Assembly: GCA_023390415.1 (NCBI GenBank)
Contig: JAEWCW010000212.1
Span: 13,751-77,750, forward strand
DNA length: 64,000 bases
Direction of reading: 5' to 3'
From: Pseudomonadota bacterium
GTDB lineage: Bacteria; Pseudomonadota; Alphaproteobacteria; Sphingomonadales; Sphingomonadaceae
Position numbers and translations under genes: made by a program. Shown piece after piece: positions 9,673-20,081 of the stretch. The number at the start of each line of letters is the position of its first letter. Position 1 is the first letter of the stretch. The notes below the pieces were generated by a model that had not been told where the DNA came from, did no database searches, and saw only the letters and a program-made list of their open reading frames with translations.

Positions 9673-10728
9673 TCAATATTCGAGCGGGAGGTTGACCCGC
9701 TTGCCGTCGCGCGCCGAGAGATAGGCAGCGATCAGGATCTCGAGCGAACGCAGGCCCTCGCGCCCGCTGGTCTCGGCCTTGGCATCGCCGCGAAGGGCCT
9801 CGATCACGTTGCGATAGTAAAGCGGATGGCCGAAGCCGTAGACGCTGGTCGTCTCGTAGCTTGCCTGGCCGATCTGGTCGTCCTCCGGCTGCCGATCGGC
9901 GAACTCCCAATGCTGGACCTCGTTGACCGCGACGCCGCCGATCCGGACCGTCCCCTTCTCGCCCAGGATCGTGATCGATCCTTCGAAATTCTTCGGATAG
10001 GCCAGCATCGAGACGTTGACGGTGCCGAGCGCGCCGGAGCGCCATTTGACCAGCATGACTCCGGAATCTTCGACCTCGATGTTGCGATCGAGGGTCGCGG
10101 TCATCGCCTGGACGCTCTCCACGGGGCCGATCAGCCAGTCGAGCAGATCGATATAGTGGCTCGCCTGGTTCATGAAGGCGCCGCCATCGAACTCCCAGGT
10201 GCCGCGCCAGGCGGCGCTGTCGTAATAAGCCTGGGGGCGCGACCAGAAGACGTTGATCGCGACCGAGAAGATCCGCCCAAAGCGGCCATCGCGAACCGCC
10301 TTCTTCAGCATCTGCAGGGTCGGATTGCGGCGGTTCTGCTTGACCACGAACAGCTGGACGCCCGCGCGGTCGCAGGCGTCGACCATGCGGAGCCCATCCT
10401 GCCAGCGGGTCGCCATCGGCTTTTCGGTCATGACGTGGAAGCCCGCCTCGGCGGCGGCGACGGCCTGCTGCGGGTGAAGGCCACTCGGCGTCGTCAGCAC
10501 CACGACGTCCGGCCGCGGCTCCGCCCCATCCAGCAGCGCTGCCAGCGAGGCATAACCCGGGGCGCCGGTGGTCTTAGCCGCCTCGGCCAGGGCTGCTGGA
10601 TCCGTGTCGCAGACCGCGACGAGCTCGCAATCGGCCCCGTTCTTCTCGATCGCGGCGAAGTGATTGGCAGCTATCCGTCCGCATCCGATCACCGCAAAGC
10701 GGATCTTGCGGTCGCTGATCCCCGTCAT
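9673..10728 (-). CDS. UDP-GlcNAcA 3-dehydrogenase-like (WbpB/WlbA) oxidoreductase
   Basis: [64 protein letters not shown]. Confidence 0.85.
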   Translation of the reverse strand: MTGISDRKIRFAVIGCGRIAANHFAAIEKNGADCELVAVCDTDPAALAEAAKTTGAPGYASLAALLDGAEPRPDVVVLTTPSGLHPQQAVAAAEAGFHVMTEKPMATRWQDGLRMVDACDRAGVQLFVVKQNRRNPTLQMLKKAVRDGRFGRIFSVAINVFWSRPQAYYDSAAWRGTWEFDGGAFMNQASHYIDLLDWLIGPVESVQAMTATLDRNIEVEDSGVMLVKWRSGALGTVNVSMLAYPKNFEGSITILGEKGTVRIGGVAVNEVQHWEFADRQPEDDQIGQASYETTSVYGFGHPLYYRNVIEALRGDAKAETSGREGLRSLEILIAAYLSARDGKRVNLPLEY

Positions 10729-10833
10729 CAAAATTCTCGTTCCCCGCTCGCGATGCCTCGACAGCCGTTCGGCGCCGCACAGTAATGGACGGGCCGGTCG
10801 ACCCATCTGGGGGTACGGGCGGCCGCGGCCACC

Positions 10834-11901
10834 TCAGCCGGCGCCCAGGCGGACATATACTTCACGCATCCTCCTTGTCCATTCGACGGGCGAATATCTG
10901 TTCGTAACGGCTTCGATCGCCTTTCGCGACATTTCCAGCCACTCGGCCTCGTCCATGGCGGCCGCCCGTATCATCGCCTCGCGATAGGCGTCTTCCTCGA
11001 GCGGTACGACAATGCCGTTGACGCCGTCCTCGACGATAAGCTCGACGCCGGGAGCCTCGGTGACGATCGGCACGACCCCGGACGCCATGGCCTCGAGCAG
11101 GGCGTTGTTCCCGAAGACGATCTCCGACGGCAGGCAGAAGAAGCGCGCCTGCCGGTATCGGGGCTCCGGATCGACGAATGCCTCGATCTCGATGTTCGGT
11201 GCAGCGATGGCCCGCAGGTTCCGCTGGCGATCGGGCAGATGATGGTCGAGCGTGGTCTCCGGCTCGACGCCGAGCATCACGAGCGAGCACCCCGTCAGGC
11301 CCGGGGCCGCCATCGCATCGGCGACCCATTCCGGGCGTCGCTGCGGGACGATCCGGTTCGCCCAGAGAAAGTCGATCTGGCGCGGTTCGGCGCGCTCGAC
11401 AGGCCGGGGTTCGACGCTGTTCGGAACGAAGGCGAGCGGGGCCCTGCTCAGCGCCTCGAGCAGCGGCGCCATGTAGGTTTCCTTGTAGACCACGCAATCG
11501 GCCAGCCGATAGGCCAGCTTCACCGCAAGCCGCGTCGCTGCGTCGTAGAGGTGCAGGGACGCGATATCGCCCCGCTCGACCACGACCAGGCGCTGGCGGA
11601 AGAGCTTGATCAACGGCAGGTAGACCAGGGCGGCACGCCCGGCGGGATAGAGCTCGACATGATGGAATCGGGTGGTCCGAAGCAGGCGGAACACGGTCGC
11701 GAGCTTGTCGCGAAGCCCGGCCAATGTGACGAGGCGGCTGCGCGCGAAACCAGCAGCTTCGAAGACTTTGCGCGACGTGCCGCGGCTGTCTCCGGTGGCG
11801 ACGGTGAAGTCGTAGCCCTCCGCCTCCATCAGCCGGATCTGGGAGACATTCTTGGCTGCGAAGGTGTCCAGATTGAGGATCAGCACGCTTTTGGTCATCA
11901 C
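10834..11901 (-). CDS. Glycosyltransferase family 4-like
   Basis: C-terminal FFCLPSEIVFGNNALLEAMASGVVPIVT..VEDGVNG GT-B motif. Confidence 0.85.
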   Translation of the reverse strand: MMTKSVLILNLDTFAAKNVSQIRLMEAEGYDFTVATGDSRGTSRKVFEAAGFARSRLVTLAGLRDKLATVFRLLRTTRFHHVELYPAGRAALVYLPLIKLFRQRLVVVERGDIASLHLYDAATRLAVKLAYRLADCVVYKETYMAPLLEALSRAPLAFVPNSVEPRPVERAEPRQIDFLWANRIVPQRRPEWVADAMAAPGLTGCSLVMLGVEPETTLDHHLPDRQRNLRAIAAPNIEIEAFVDPEPRYRQARFFCLPSEIVFGNNALLEAMASGVVPIVTEAPGVELIVEDGVNGIVVPLEEDAYREAMIRAAAMDEAEWLEMSRKAIEAVTNRYSPVEWTRRMREVYVRLGAG

Positions 11902-11980
11902 CGCCCGCCGTCTGACACAGACTTTGGACGAAGGGTAGAGCGCGCTGGCCTCTCCCGGGAGAGCGCGCTAGCGTCGTCGC

Positions 11981-12601
11981 ATGAGGGGCGAAATCGCAAT
12001 CTACGGAGCCGGCGGCCACGCCAAGGTGGTGATCGAGGCCGTGCGCGCGCTGGTTCCGGACGCGACGTTGCTGATCGTCGACGACGCCGCCCCCTCCGAC
12101 CACGCGCTGCTTGGGCTCAGCGTGGCCGGCGACCGATCCTGGCTGGCGGCGCGGCGTCCTGGCGGCGGGGTTGTGCCAGCGCTGGGGAACAACCAGGCGC
12201 GGGCCGCGGTCCTGGCCTGGCTTACCGCCGAGAGGATCGCGGCGACGACCATCGTGCATCCGCGCGCGACGGTCAGCCCGAGCGCCGAACTGGGCGCCGG
12301 GGTGTTCGTCGCCGCCGGCGCAGTGATCAACGCGCAAGCCCGGATCGGTGACGGCGCGATCGTCAACACCTGCGCCAGCATCGACCATGATTGCGCGATC
12401 GGGGCAGCTGCACACATCGCGCCGGGCGCACATCTCTGCGGCGCCGTCCGCGTCGGCCCGGGCACGCTGGTCGGCGCCGGCGCCACCATCATCCCCGGCA
12501 TACAGGTCGGCGCGAATGTGGTGATCGGCGCGGGGTCGACCGTGATACGCAACCTGCCGGACGGCGCGCGCGTGGTGGGATCGCCGGCTAGGCCCGTCTA
12601 A
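11981..12601 (+). CDS. PglD/NeuD-family sugar acetyltransferase
   Basis: IYGAGGHAKVV, ALGNNQAR, IVHPRA, IVNT.ASIDHDC, hexapeptide repeats, VVGSPAR. Confidence 0.88.
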   Translation: MRGEIAIYGAGGHAKVVIEAVRALVPDATLLIVDDAAPSDHALLGLSVAGDRSWLAARRPGGGVVPALGNNQARAAVLAWLTAERIAATTIVHPRATVSPSAELGAGVFVAAGAVINAQARIGDGAIVNTCASIDHDCAIGAAAHIAPGAHLCGAVRVGPGTLVGAGATIIPGIQVGANVVIGAGSTVIRNLPDGARVVGSPARPV

Positions 12602-14534
12602 GCGCAGTCACATTGTCCGCCAGCTGCTCCGGCTCGAGCAGCCCGCGCAGGATGTTGCGCACCGCGCCCGGATCACGGCTCTCGATCGAGCCGCTCAGGG
12701 CATCGAGGTGCGGCCGGAGCTGAGCGAGCGACAGAAAGCGCTCCTTGGCCATCATGATCCGCGGATGCTCCGTCGCGACGATATTTTCGCCGACGAACAG
12801 CTCCTCGTAGAGCTTCTCGCCAGGCCGCAGGCCGACATAGGTGATCTCCACGTCGCCGTGCGGATTCTCCTCGTCGCGGACGGTCATTCCGGAAAGCGTG
12901 ATCATGTGCCGGGCGAGCTCGGCGATCCGGATCGGCTCGCCCATATCCAGCACGAACACCTCGCCGCCCTTGGCCATCGCGCTCGCCTGAAGGACGAGTT
13001 GGGTCGCCTCCGGGATCGACATGAAGAAGCGCGTCACCTCTTCGTGGGTCACGGTAACCGGCCCGCCTCGCCTGATCTGGGAGCGGAAGCGCTGGACCAC
13101 CGAGCCGGAGGAATCGAGGACGTTTCCGAACCGGACGATCCCGAACCGCGTCCCGCTCGCACGATCTCCAGCGAGGCTCTGGATGATCAGCTCGGCGGCG
13201 CGCTTGCTCGCGCCCATCACGCTTTCCGGGCGAACCGCCTTGTCGGTCGAGATCATCGTGAAGCGTTCGATGCCCGCGGCAGCTGCAGCCTCGGCGAGGA
13301 CAAGAGTGCCGATCACGTTGTTCTCGACGCCCACCACCTCATTATGTTCGAGGAGCGGGACATGCTTGTAGGCAGCCGCGTGATAGACGGTGTCGACCTC
13401 GCATCCGGAAATGACCTCCTCGACGAGCCGGCGATTGAGCATCGAGCCGACGATCGGGACAATCTCGGGCCGGTCCGCCACCTCGAGCGACAGGCATCCC
13501 TCGGCAAGCTGCTGCTCGATCGTGTACAAGGCGAATTCGCTGTGATCGAGCAGCACAAGGCGGCGCGGCCGCGCGCGCACGATCTGGCGGCAGATCTCAG
13601 ACCCGATCGAGCCGCCGGCGCCGGTGATGAGGATCGACTTGCCCTCGGCCGCGCTTCGGATGAGCTCAGTAAGCGGCTCGACCGGGTCGCGGCGGAGCAG
13701 GTCGTTGACGCTGATCGGCCGAACGTCGCTGACCGTGAAGCGGCCGGAGACGATCTCCTCCGGCGCGGGAACCGTCTTTACGGCGAGGTTGAGCTTAGTG
13801 AGCCGCGAAATCGCTGCCAGCCGCTGTGACCTCGTCGCTTTCGGCAGCGCGAGGAACACCTCGTCGATCCCCACGGTGCGGACCAGCTCGGGGAGCGCCT
13901 TCGGCGCGTAGATTGGCGTCCGGGCGATGATCTGGCCATGGAGCGCAAGGTCGTCGTCGACGAAGGCGCAGAGCCGATATTCGGCGTTCCCCCGCATCGA
14001 ATCGGCAAGGCTGATGCCTGCCTGGTTGGCGCCATAGATGACGACGTTGCGGGCACCTTCGCGCGGCTCGGCGGGCGCGTCGCGGACTGCCCCGGATACG
14101 AGGAGCGCCATGACGTAGCGCCCCATGAACAGGAGCAGGAACAGAAATCCCGCGTAGATGAACCCGACCGACCGCGGCACCATCATCAAGATGCCGTCCA
14201 CCTCGATCTTCGCCTGGAGGACGTAAACCGTGGTCACCCAGGCGATCGCCGCGATCCCTGCGGCCCCGAGAAGCCGGGTCACCGCGCGGATATCGAAGTA
14301 ACGCAGAACCATGCGGTAGATGTCGAGCTGTCGCAGCGCAGCCACGCCGAATAGGCATGAGACCGCCGCGGCAATCCACACGGCGAGGCTGATCGGCAAA
14401 TAGATCTCGCCGAGCCGCGCGGAAAATGCAGCCCACAAGGCGGCGAGCATCGCGGCAATGTCATAGCCGATGAGCACCGCCCGCTTGCGCAGGCGACCCA
14501 TGTTCGACAGGTGTCGGACGAGCTCGAAGATCAT
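12588..14534 (-). CDS. Membrane-anchored UDP-GlcNAc 4,6-dehydratase (PglF/WbpM/CapD family)
   Basis: N-terminal TM helices; ITGAGGSIGSEICRQ, HAAAYKHVP, ISTDKAV, RFGNVLDSSGSV, GLRPGEKLYEEL. Confidence 0.92.
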   Translation of the reverse strand: MIFELVRHLSNMGRLRKRAVLIGYDIAAMLAALWAAFSARLGEIYLPISLAVWIAAAVSCLFGVAALRQLDIYRMVLRYFDIRAVTRLLGAAGIAAIAWVTTVYVLQAKIEVDGILMMVPRSVGFIYAGFLFLLLFMGRYVMALLVSGAVRDAPAEPREGARNVVIYGANQAGISLADSMRGNAEYRLCAFVDDDLALHGQIIARTPIYAPKALPELVRTVGIDEVFLALPKATRSQRLAAISRLTKLNLAVKTVPAPEEIVSGRFTVSDVRPISVNDLLRRDPVEPLTELIRSAAEGKSILITGAGGSIGSEICRQIVRARPRRLVLLDHSEFALYTIEQQLAEGCLSLEVADRPEIVPIVGSMLNRRLVEEVISGCEVDTVYHAAAYKHVPLLEHNEVVGVENNVIGTLVLAEAAAAAGIERFTMISTDKAVRPESVMGASKRAAELIIQSLAGDRASGTRFGIVRFGNVLDSSGSVVQRFRSQIRRGGPVTVTHEEVTRFFMSIPEATQLVLQASAMAKGGEVFVLDMGEPIRIAELARHMITLSGMTVRDEENPHGDVEITYVGLRPGEKLYEELFVGENIVATEHPRIMMAKERFLSLAQLRPHLDALSGSIESRDPGAVRNILRGLLEPEQLADNVTALRRA

Positions 14535-14562
14535 CTTTGTTGCGAACCCCGGTGGCTAGACT

Positions 14563-15786
14563 TCAGCTCAATACCGATTTCACAATCATTGCAAGCGCTT
14601 CCGCTCTTCTGGCGAGACTGGCGGGATCGAGAGTCGGGTGGACCTCGACCATCAGGCTGGTCTCGCCGAGCCTGTGCGCGACGGGAAGTTCGCGCTGATT
14701 CAGGTGGGCGAAGGCCTTCTCCCGATAAACCTCCGAGCAGGAGCCTGCGAAGACCCGCAGCCCGGCGTCGGCAGACTGACGGAGAATCTCGTCCCGCGCT
14801 TCCCTCGCCCCCTCCGCCACGTCGACGAAGGCGTGGAGCTTGTAGAAAGCGTGCCGGAAGCGAGCGTCGGGGAGGGGCAGGCGCAGGCCGGGCACCGATC
14901 CGAGCGCCTCCGCCCAGATCATCGCGTTCCGTGTCCGCAGCTCGCGCCACGCATCGAGCTTCTCGAGCTGCACCAGTCCGATCGCCGCCTGCGGACCGCT
15001 GAGGCGCCAGTTCGTGCCGAAATCGTCCTGCACCCAGCGGAAACCGGGCGCAGGCGGCTTCTCGGTAAGCTTCCGGCGGTTCTTGCCATGATCCTTGAAG
15101 GACCAGGCCCATTCATAAGGCCGTTCTTCCCTGAACGAGACGAAGCCGCCTTCGCCGCCCGTAGTGAGAATCTTGTCCTGGCAAAAGGAGAAGGCCGCGG
15201 CGTCGCCGAAGCTGCCGATGGTGCGCCCGCCGATCTCGGCGCCATGCGCCTGCGCGCAATCCTCGATCACCGGGATCCCGCGGCTCCGGGCGAGCTCCAT
15301 GATCGGCTCCATGTCGACCGGCCAGCCGCCCAGGTGCACCGCGATGATCGCCTTGGTGCGATCGGTGAGGACTGCGGCGATCGTCTCTGCGGTGACGTTG
15401 CCGCTGTTCGCATCGACATCGGCGAAGACCGGCGTGGCGCCGACGAGCATGGCGCAGAACGCTGAAGCGGCGAAGGTGCGCGGAGTCGTGACCACTTCGT
15501 CGCCGGGGCCCACCCCGAAGGCGCGGAGCGCCAGCTCGAGCGCGACCGAGCCATTCGCGAGGGCGATGCCATGGACTCCGCCGAACCGCTCGGTAAGGGC
15601 CTTTTCGAAGGCGAAGACCTCTGGGCCCGTCCACTGGTTGACCCGGCCCGAGCGAAGCACCGCAGCGACCGCCGCGATCTCGTCCTCCGCATAGGTCGGC
15701 CAATGCTCCTCGGGACGCTGAGCTAGCGAATGCCGCTCGTCGCCACCGGCAGAAAGATCACTTCGAATCGAAGCCGCTCCCATCAT
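14563..15786 (-). CDS. DegT-family aminotransferase (PglE-like 4-aminotransferase)
   Basis: NGSVALELAL, IEDCAQAHGA, SFCQDKILTTGGEGG, GTNWR; sits between pglC- and pglF-like genes. Start is approximate. Confidence 0.88.
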   Translation of the reverse strand: MMGAASIRSDLSAGGDERHSLAQRPEEHWPTYAEDEIAAVAAVLRSGRVNQWTGPEVFAFEKALTERFGGVHGIALANGSVALELALRAFGVGPGDEVVTTPRTFAASAFCAMLVGATPVFADVDANSGNVTAETIAAVLTDRTKAIIAVHLGGWPVDMEPIMELARSRGIPVIEDCAQAHGAEIGGRTIGSFGDAAAFSFCQDKILTTGGEGGFVSFREERPYEWAWSFKDHGKNRRKLTEKPPAPGFRWVQDDFGTNWRLSGPQAAIGLVQLEKLDAWRELRTRNAMIWAEALGSVPGLRLPLPDARFRHAFYKLHAFVDVAEGAREARDEILRQSADAGLRVFAGSCSEVYREKAFAHLNQRELPVAHRLGETSLMVEVHPTLDPASLARRAEALAMIVKSVLS

Positions 15787-16396
15787 TCTTCCCTTTTTGC
15801 TCGGTGGCCGGCGTGCCCATGAACTCGGGCATTGTCGCGGATCCCTCGGCAGAGATGCCCCGGCTCGCAAACGCCCGCAGGACGGTGAGCCATAGAATCC
15901 GAAGGTCCAACCCGAAATTGCGGTGATCGACATACCACAGGTCGAGCGCGAACTTCTCGTCCCAGCTCAGGGCGTTCCGCCCGTTGACCTGTGCCCAGCC
16001 GGTGAGACCCGGCCGAACGTCATGCCGACGCGCCTGATCCGGCGTGTAGCGATCGAGATATTGCATGAGCAGCGGACGAGGCCCCACCAAGCTCATCTCT
16101 CCCTTCAGCACGTTCCACAATTGGGGGAGCTCATCAAGGCTGGAGGCGCGCAGAAGCCGGCCGAGCCGAGTGAGCCGCTGACCGTCGCTGGCGAGCGGAT
16201 CCTCGCCAGCCGCGCTGATCCGCATGGTCCGGAACTTCGCCAGCCGGAAAGGGCGGCCATGAAGGCCCGGCCGCTGCTGCCGGAACATGATCGGGCGGCC
16301 CATGAAAAGGAGGATGAGCAGCGCGACGGCGGCGATCACCGGCGCCAGCACGACCAGCGCGATGGCCGATGCGGCGATGTCGAACAGGCGCTTCAC
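15758..16396 (-). CDS. Small monotopic phosphoglycosyl transferase (PglC-like)
   Basis: [59 protein letters not shown]. Confidence 0.92.
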   Translation of the reverse strand: MKRLFDIAASAIALVVLAPVIAAVALLILLFMGRPIMFRQQRPGLHGRPFRLAKFRTMRISAAGEDPLASDGQRLTRLGRLLRASSLDELPQLWNVLKGEMSLVGPRPLLMQYLDRYTPDQARRHDVRPGLTGWAQVNGRNALSWDEKFALDLWYVDHRNFGLDLRILWLTVLRAFASRGISAEGSATMPEFMGTPATEQKGKNDGSGFDSK

Positions 16397-17505
16397 AGGC
16401 CGGCCGCCGCAAGGAGCTGAGCGTTCACCGCCACGACGTCGAACCGCTCTTCGGCGATGCGCCGCGCCGCGTTCCCCATCGGCACGATCAGGTCCGGCTC
16501 CTTGATGAATCTCTCCATGGCTTCCGCCAGCGAGTGCGCGTCCCGTGGCGCGGCCAGGAAGCCGTTTACCCCGGCGTCGACCGTTTGACGACAGCCGGGC
16601 GCGTCCGTGGTCACGATCGGACGGCCCATCGCCATGGCCTCGAGCACGGAACGCGGCGTTCCTTCACGATAGGACGGCAGGACATAGACATTCGCCTGCG
16701 CGATTGCCGGCCGGACGTCGTCCAGCCGACCGTGAAATTCCACGCCCCCCGCGACGATGGCGTCGAGCTCCTCGCGCGAGATCGCATCGGGCGAATTGTC
16801 GAAATATCCGACCAGCGCAAATCGCGCATCCGGATAGCGCGCCTTCAGCATCCGCGCCGCAGCACCATATTCGCGGACCCCCTTGTCGCCGAGCAGACGG
16901 CTGACCATCAGGAAGCGTGCCCCGGCCGGCAACGGTGCCGGGGAGAATGCCGCGAGATCGATACCGGACCCGTTGACGACCACGGGCTCCGGGGCGGGAG
17001 GAAGGATGGCGCGCGCCGCGAAGAAATCGCGATCGTCGGGATTCTGAAAGACGATCGCCCGGCTCCGCCTGAGCGCCCGCCGATAGAGCCAGGTCGCTGC
17101 GCGCTCAGACAGCCGTCGCTTCAGCGACGTTCCCCCGCTGAACGCGAAGCCGAGGCCGGTGATGAGCGCGACGAACCTCGGCACGCCGGCGCGGGCGGCA
17201 GCCAGCGCGCCCAGAGTCACCGGCTTGACCGTGTAGGCGATCACCACATCGGGCCGGATCGCACGGAAGCTCCGCTCCATGGCGCGGATCGAGCCGGGCA
17301 TGGCGAGCGGGTTCAGCCCCTGATTGTCGATCGGCACCTGGTGCGGCTCGGCGCCGATCGCGCGCAATCGATCGGCGAGCGCTTCGTCGATCGACGGTGC
17401 CATTGCGACCACGCGGTGGCCCGCCGCCACAAGCGCGCGGATCAGTTCGCCTCGGAAGTGGATCAGCGAGGGCGCGTAAGAGCCAAGGACGACGACGGTT
17501 GCCAC
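16393..17505 (-). CDS. Glycosyltransferase family 4 (PglA-like)
   Basis: FRGELI, YTVKP, ITGLG, FQNPDD, GSGID, RLLGDKGVREY, LPSYREGTPRSVLEAMAMG. Confidence 0.9.
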   Translation of the reverse strand: MATVVVLGSYAPSLIHFRGELIRALVAAGHRVVAMAPSIDEALADRLRAIGAEPHQVPIDNQGLNPLAMPGSIRAMERSFRAIRPDVVIAYTVKPVTLGALAAARAGVPRFVALITGLGFAFSGGTSLKRRLSERAATWLYRRALRRSRAIVFQNPDDRDFFAARAILPPAPEPVVVNGSGIDLAAFSPAPLPAGARFLMVSRLLGDKGVREYGAAARMLKARYPDARFALVGYFDNSPDAISREELDAIVAGGVEFHGRLDDVRPAIAQANVYVLPSYREGTPRSVLEAMAMGRPIVTTDAPGCRQTVDAGVNGFLAAPRDAHSLAEAMERFIKEPDLIVPMGNAARRIAEERFDVVAVNAQLLAAAGL

Positions 17506-17515
17506 GGCGCCCCCC

Positions 17516-18688
17516 TCACACCGGGAGCGGTTCGTGCGCGAGACGTGCCTTCCGCGCCCGCGCGGCGCGGCGCGAGGTGACCAAGGCCTGCACGGTCACG
17601 AACACGATGAGGAAGCCCGGAAGGACCATTGTCTTCTGACGAAGGGCGAGACCGACATTGTAATAGTCCATCGCCAGGGCGAGCGTGATGCCGACCGAGC
17701 TGATCAACGCATAGCGGACGAACGGAACCGACCGGAAGGCAGCGAACGCCGGTCCGATCCGCCAGGTCAGGATAAGGAAGATCAAGATCAGCGCCACGTT
17801 TTCGGCCGACGCAATCAGGCCGAACGCGTCGGCCGCGTCGAAGAAGAGTGGCCGGAACAGGAAGCTCAAGAGTTTGATCGGATAGGGCGCGGATCCGATA
17901 CCCGAATTGCCCAGATCCTCCGACATCGCCACGGCATCGCGCGACGACAGGAAATCGCTGACCGAATCCGCGTTCGTCAGGTCCACGCCGAAGGTGCTGC
18001 CGATCGTCGCGACCGCGAAGCCAAAGGCGCCCAGAGAGCCGAGGATCAGGCCTCCGCGCAGCAGGGGATGGGCGGTTCGATCGGCCGACACCGTCATCGC
18101 GATCGCGGCGAAGGCGATCAGCGCGATGTGCGGCCGCACCATGAGCATGACCAACAGCGCGAACGCCAGAGCGAGATAGCGACGGCGCAATTGCATTACA
18201 GCCCAGATCGACAGGCACATTGCCATGAAGAGCGGCGCGTCCTTGCCGATAGCGCTCGTCCAAAAATGGAGGCCGGGGAGGAAGACGAGGCCGTAGCTCC
18301 AGATCGGTTGGCGCAAGTCGAGGCTCGCATAGATTTCCTCGATCGTCCGCATGAGGAAGGCGATTCCGAAAAACCCGATCGCCTGAAAGAGGAGGAAATA
18401 ATCGAGATAGGTCCCGCCAATGATCCCCTTCAGGGTCTGGACCACCCAGAGAATGAATGCCGTAGAGAATCCGAAGCCATGGTCTGCGTACAGATTGAAC
18501 GAATCCTGGTAGTACATCGCCGTATCTGCCGCGTTCGTCTGGACATAGCCATAATAGACGATGGCGCTCGCGACGTGCGCGATCAATGCAAGTGCGAAGA
18601 CGGCGACCCGCAAACGAGTCCGTACTATGACCGCGAAAGGCCAGGCCGCGATCGACAACAGGATGCCGAGAAGGCCGACGAGGGTCAT
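17516..18688 (-). CDS. Polytopic membrane protein, putative Wzy polymerase
   Basis: About 10 hydrophobic segments; D..MYY in the first loop, WTSAIGKD, RPH, N.GLALRQK; context. Confidence 0.6.
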   Translation of the reverse strand: MTLVGLLGILLSIAAWPFAVIVRTRLRVAVFALALIAHVASAIVYYGYVQTNAADTAMYYQDSFNLYADHGFGFSTAFILWVVQTLKGIIGGTYLDYFLLFQAIGFFGIAFLMRTIEEIYASLDLRQPIWSYGLVFLPGLHFWTSAIGKDAPLFMAMCLSIWAVMQLRRRYLALAFALLVMLMVRPHIALIAFAAIAMTVSADRTAHPLLRGGLILGSLGAFGFAVATIGSTFGVDLTNADSVSDFLSSRDAVAMSEDLGNSGIGSAPYPIKLLSFLFRPLFFDAADAFGLIASAENVALILIFLILTWRIGPAFAAFRSVPFVRYALISSVGITLALAMDYYNVGLALRQKTMVLPGFLIVFVTVQALVTSRRAARARKARLAHEPLPV

Positions 18689-18701
18689 TGCGCGTCGCCT
18701 C

Positions 18702-20081
18702 TCACACGGCCTCCAGATGACGCGCAGCTGGTTCGGCGTCGCCTTCGGAGCGCCGCTTTCTCGGAACCGGCGGGGGCATGAGCGCAGCACAGGCGAGGGC
18801 GACGATCGCCGCAATCGCGCTGGTTCGCATCGGATAGTCTACAATGCTGTGCAGAAGGACGATCCCGATGATCACGCTTCCGGCGCGCGCTGCCGAAGCG
18901 CCCGCGCCGTCGATTCGCCAAGCCCAGATCGTCCGGCGCCCCCACCAGAAGAAGAACAGGCCGACCACGAGAAGGCCCGCCACGCCTTGCTCGAGGACGA
19001 TCTCGAGATAGTCGTTATGCGCGTGGTTGGCATATTCCCGCTGCACCTGGAGCGGGTCCTGATAGCGCCTGAAGACATTGGCGAATGATCCGAGCCCGGT
19101 ACCGGCGGGGAAGGAATCCGCAATCGCCTCGATCGTTGTCCCGGCGAGCTCGCCGCGGCTGGATTCGCTGTCGCTATACTTCTCCGCGAGCGCCTCCCGG
19201 TTGAGCGGCCCGGTGGCGGCGAAGGTGACGAAGGCGACGAGCAACACCGCGAGCGCGGCCTTCCAGGTGGTGCCGATCGTGCCGGCGGTCGCCCGTCGGT
19301 AGATGAGCAAGGAGGCGAATGCGGCGATGAGGAAGAGCCCGTAGCCGGCGACGGACCCACTCAGCGCGATCCCGCCGGTCAGGAACAATGCCAGCGCGGT
19401 CGTCATAACCATGCCGCCGCTGCGCTTTGAGCGGTCTCTGCGGGTCGCGAACCGCGCGCCGATCACCGCGACGCAGGGGAGCGCGCAAAGCAGCAAGGTC
19501 GCCTGGTGATTGATGTTCGAGAAGAACCCGACGGGCGAGCCCTGGTTGGTGATCTCGTAGAAGCGCAGATTGCTCCCGGTGCCGCCGAGCAGCTGAAAGA
19601 TGCCGAGACAGATTGAGAGGGCCGCAACGAAGATCACCGCAGCGAACAGCCTCCGGCGCGCATCCGGTGCCAAAGTAACCGCGATCAGGAACAACGCGGC
19701 TGGGGGCAGCAGCCATAACAAGGAGGCGATGGTCGCAGATGGAGCGAGCGAGGCCGGCATGCCCTGTCCATCGATGCCGAGCATCTCCAGCCCCTCGGCG
19801 ATCTCGCCACGATAGGGCAAGGCCTGCCAGAGCGCCGCCGGAAGCGGGACCAGGCTAAGCAATCCCCACCCGAGAAATAGGCCAAAGGCCGCGATCAGCC
19901 AGCGCGCCTCAGCGGGGATCGTGGCCCGTCTCGTCCACATCAGGGCGAGGATGATGATCACGGCCAGCGTCTGAAGAATGGCGTTTCCGACCGCGCCAGC
20001 ACCGATCGCGCTCGCGCCGCCCAGCAGCAGGCACAGGACCAGGTAGATGATGGCGACGATGCCCCTGACCCGGCTACTCAT
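18702..20081 (-). CDS. O-antigen ligase/Wzy_C family membrane protein
   Basis: GFFSNINHQA, GTGLGSF, HAHNDYLEIVLEQG, LHSIVDYPMR; multiple TM helices. Confidence 0.85.
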   Translation of the reverse strand: MSSRVRGIVAIIYLVLCLLLGGASAIGAGAVGNAILQTLAVIIILALMWTRRATIPAEARWLIAAFGLFLGWGLLSLVPLPAALWQALPYRGEIAEGLEMLGIDGQGMPASLAPSATIASLLWLLPPAALFLIAVTLAPDARRRLFAAVIFVAALSICLGIFQLLGGTGSNLRFYEITNQGSPVGFFSNINHQATLLLCALPCVAVIGARFATRRDRSKRSGGMVMTTALALFLTGGIALSGSVAGYGLFLIAAFASLLIYRRATAGTIGTTWKAALAVLLVAFVTFAATGPLNREALAEKYSDSESSRGELAGTTIEAIADSFPAGTGLGSFANVFRRYQDPLQVQREYANHAHNDYLEIVLEQGVAGLLVVGLFFFWWGRRTIWAWRIDGAGASAARAGSVIIGIVLLHSIVDYPMRTSAIAAIVALACAALMPPPVPRKRRSEGDAEPAARHLEAV

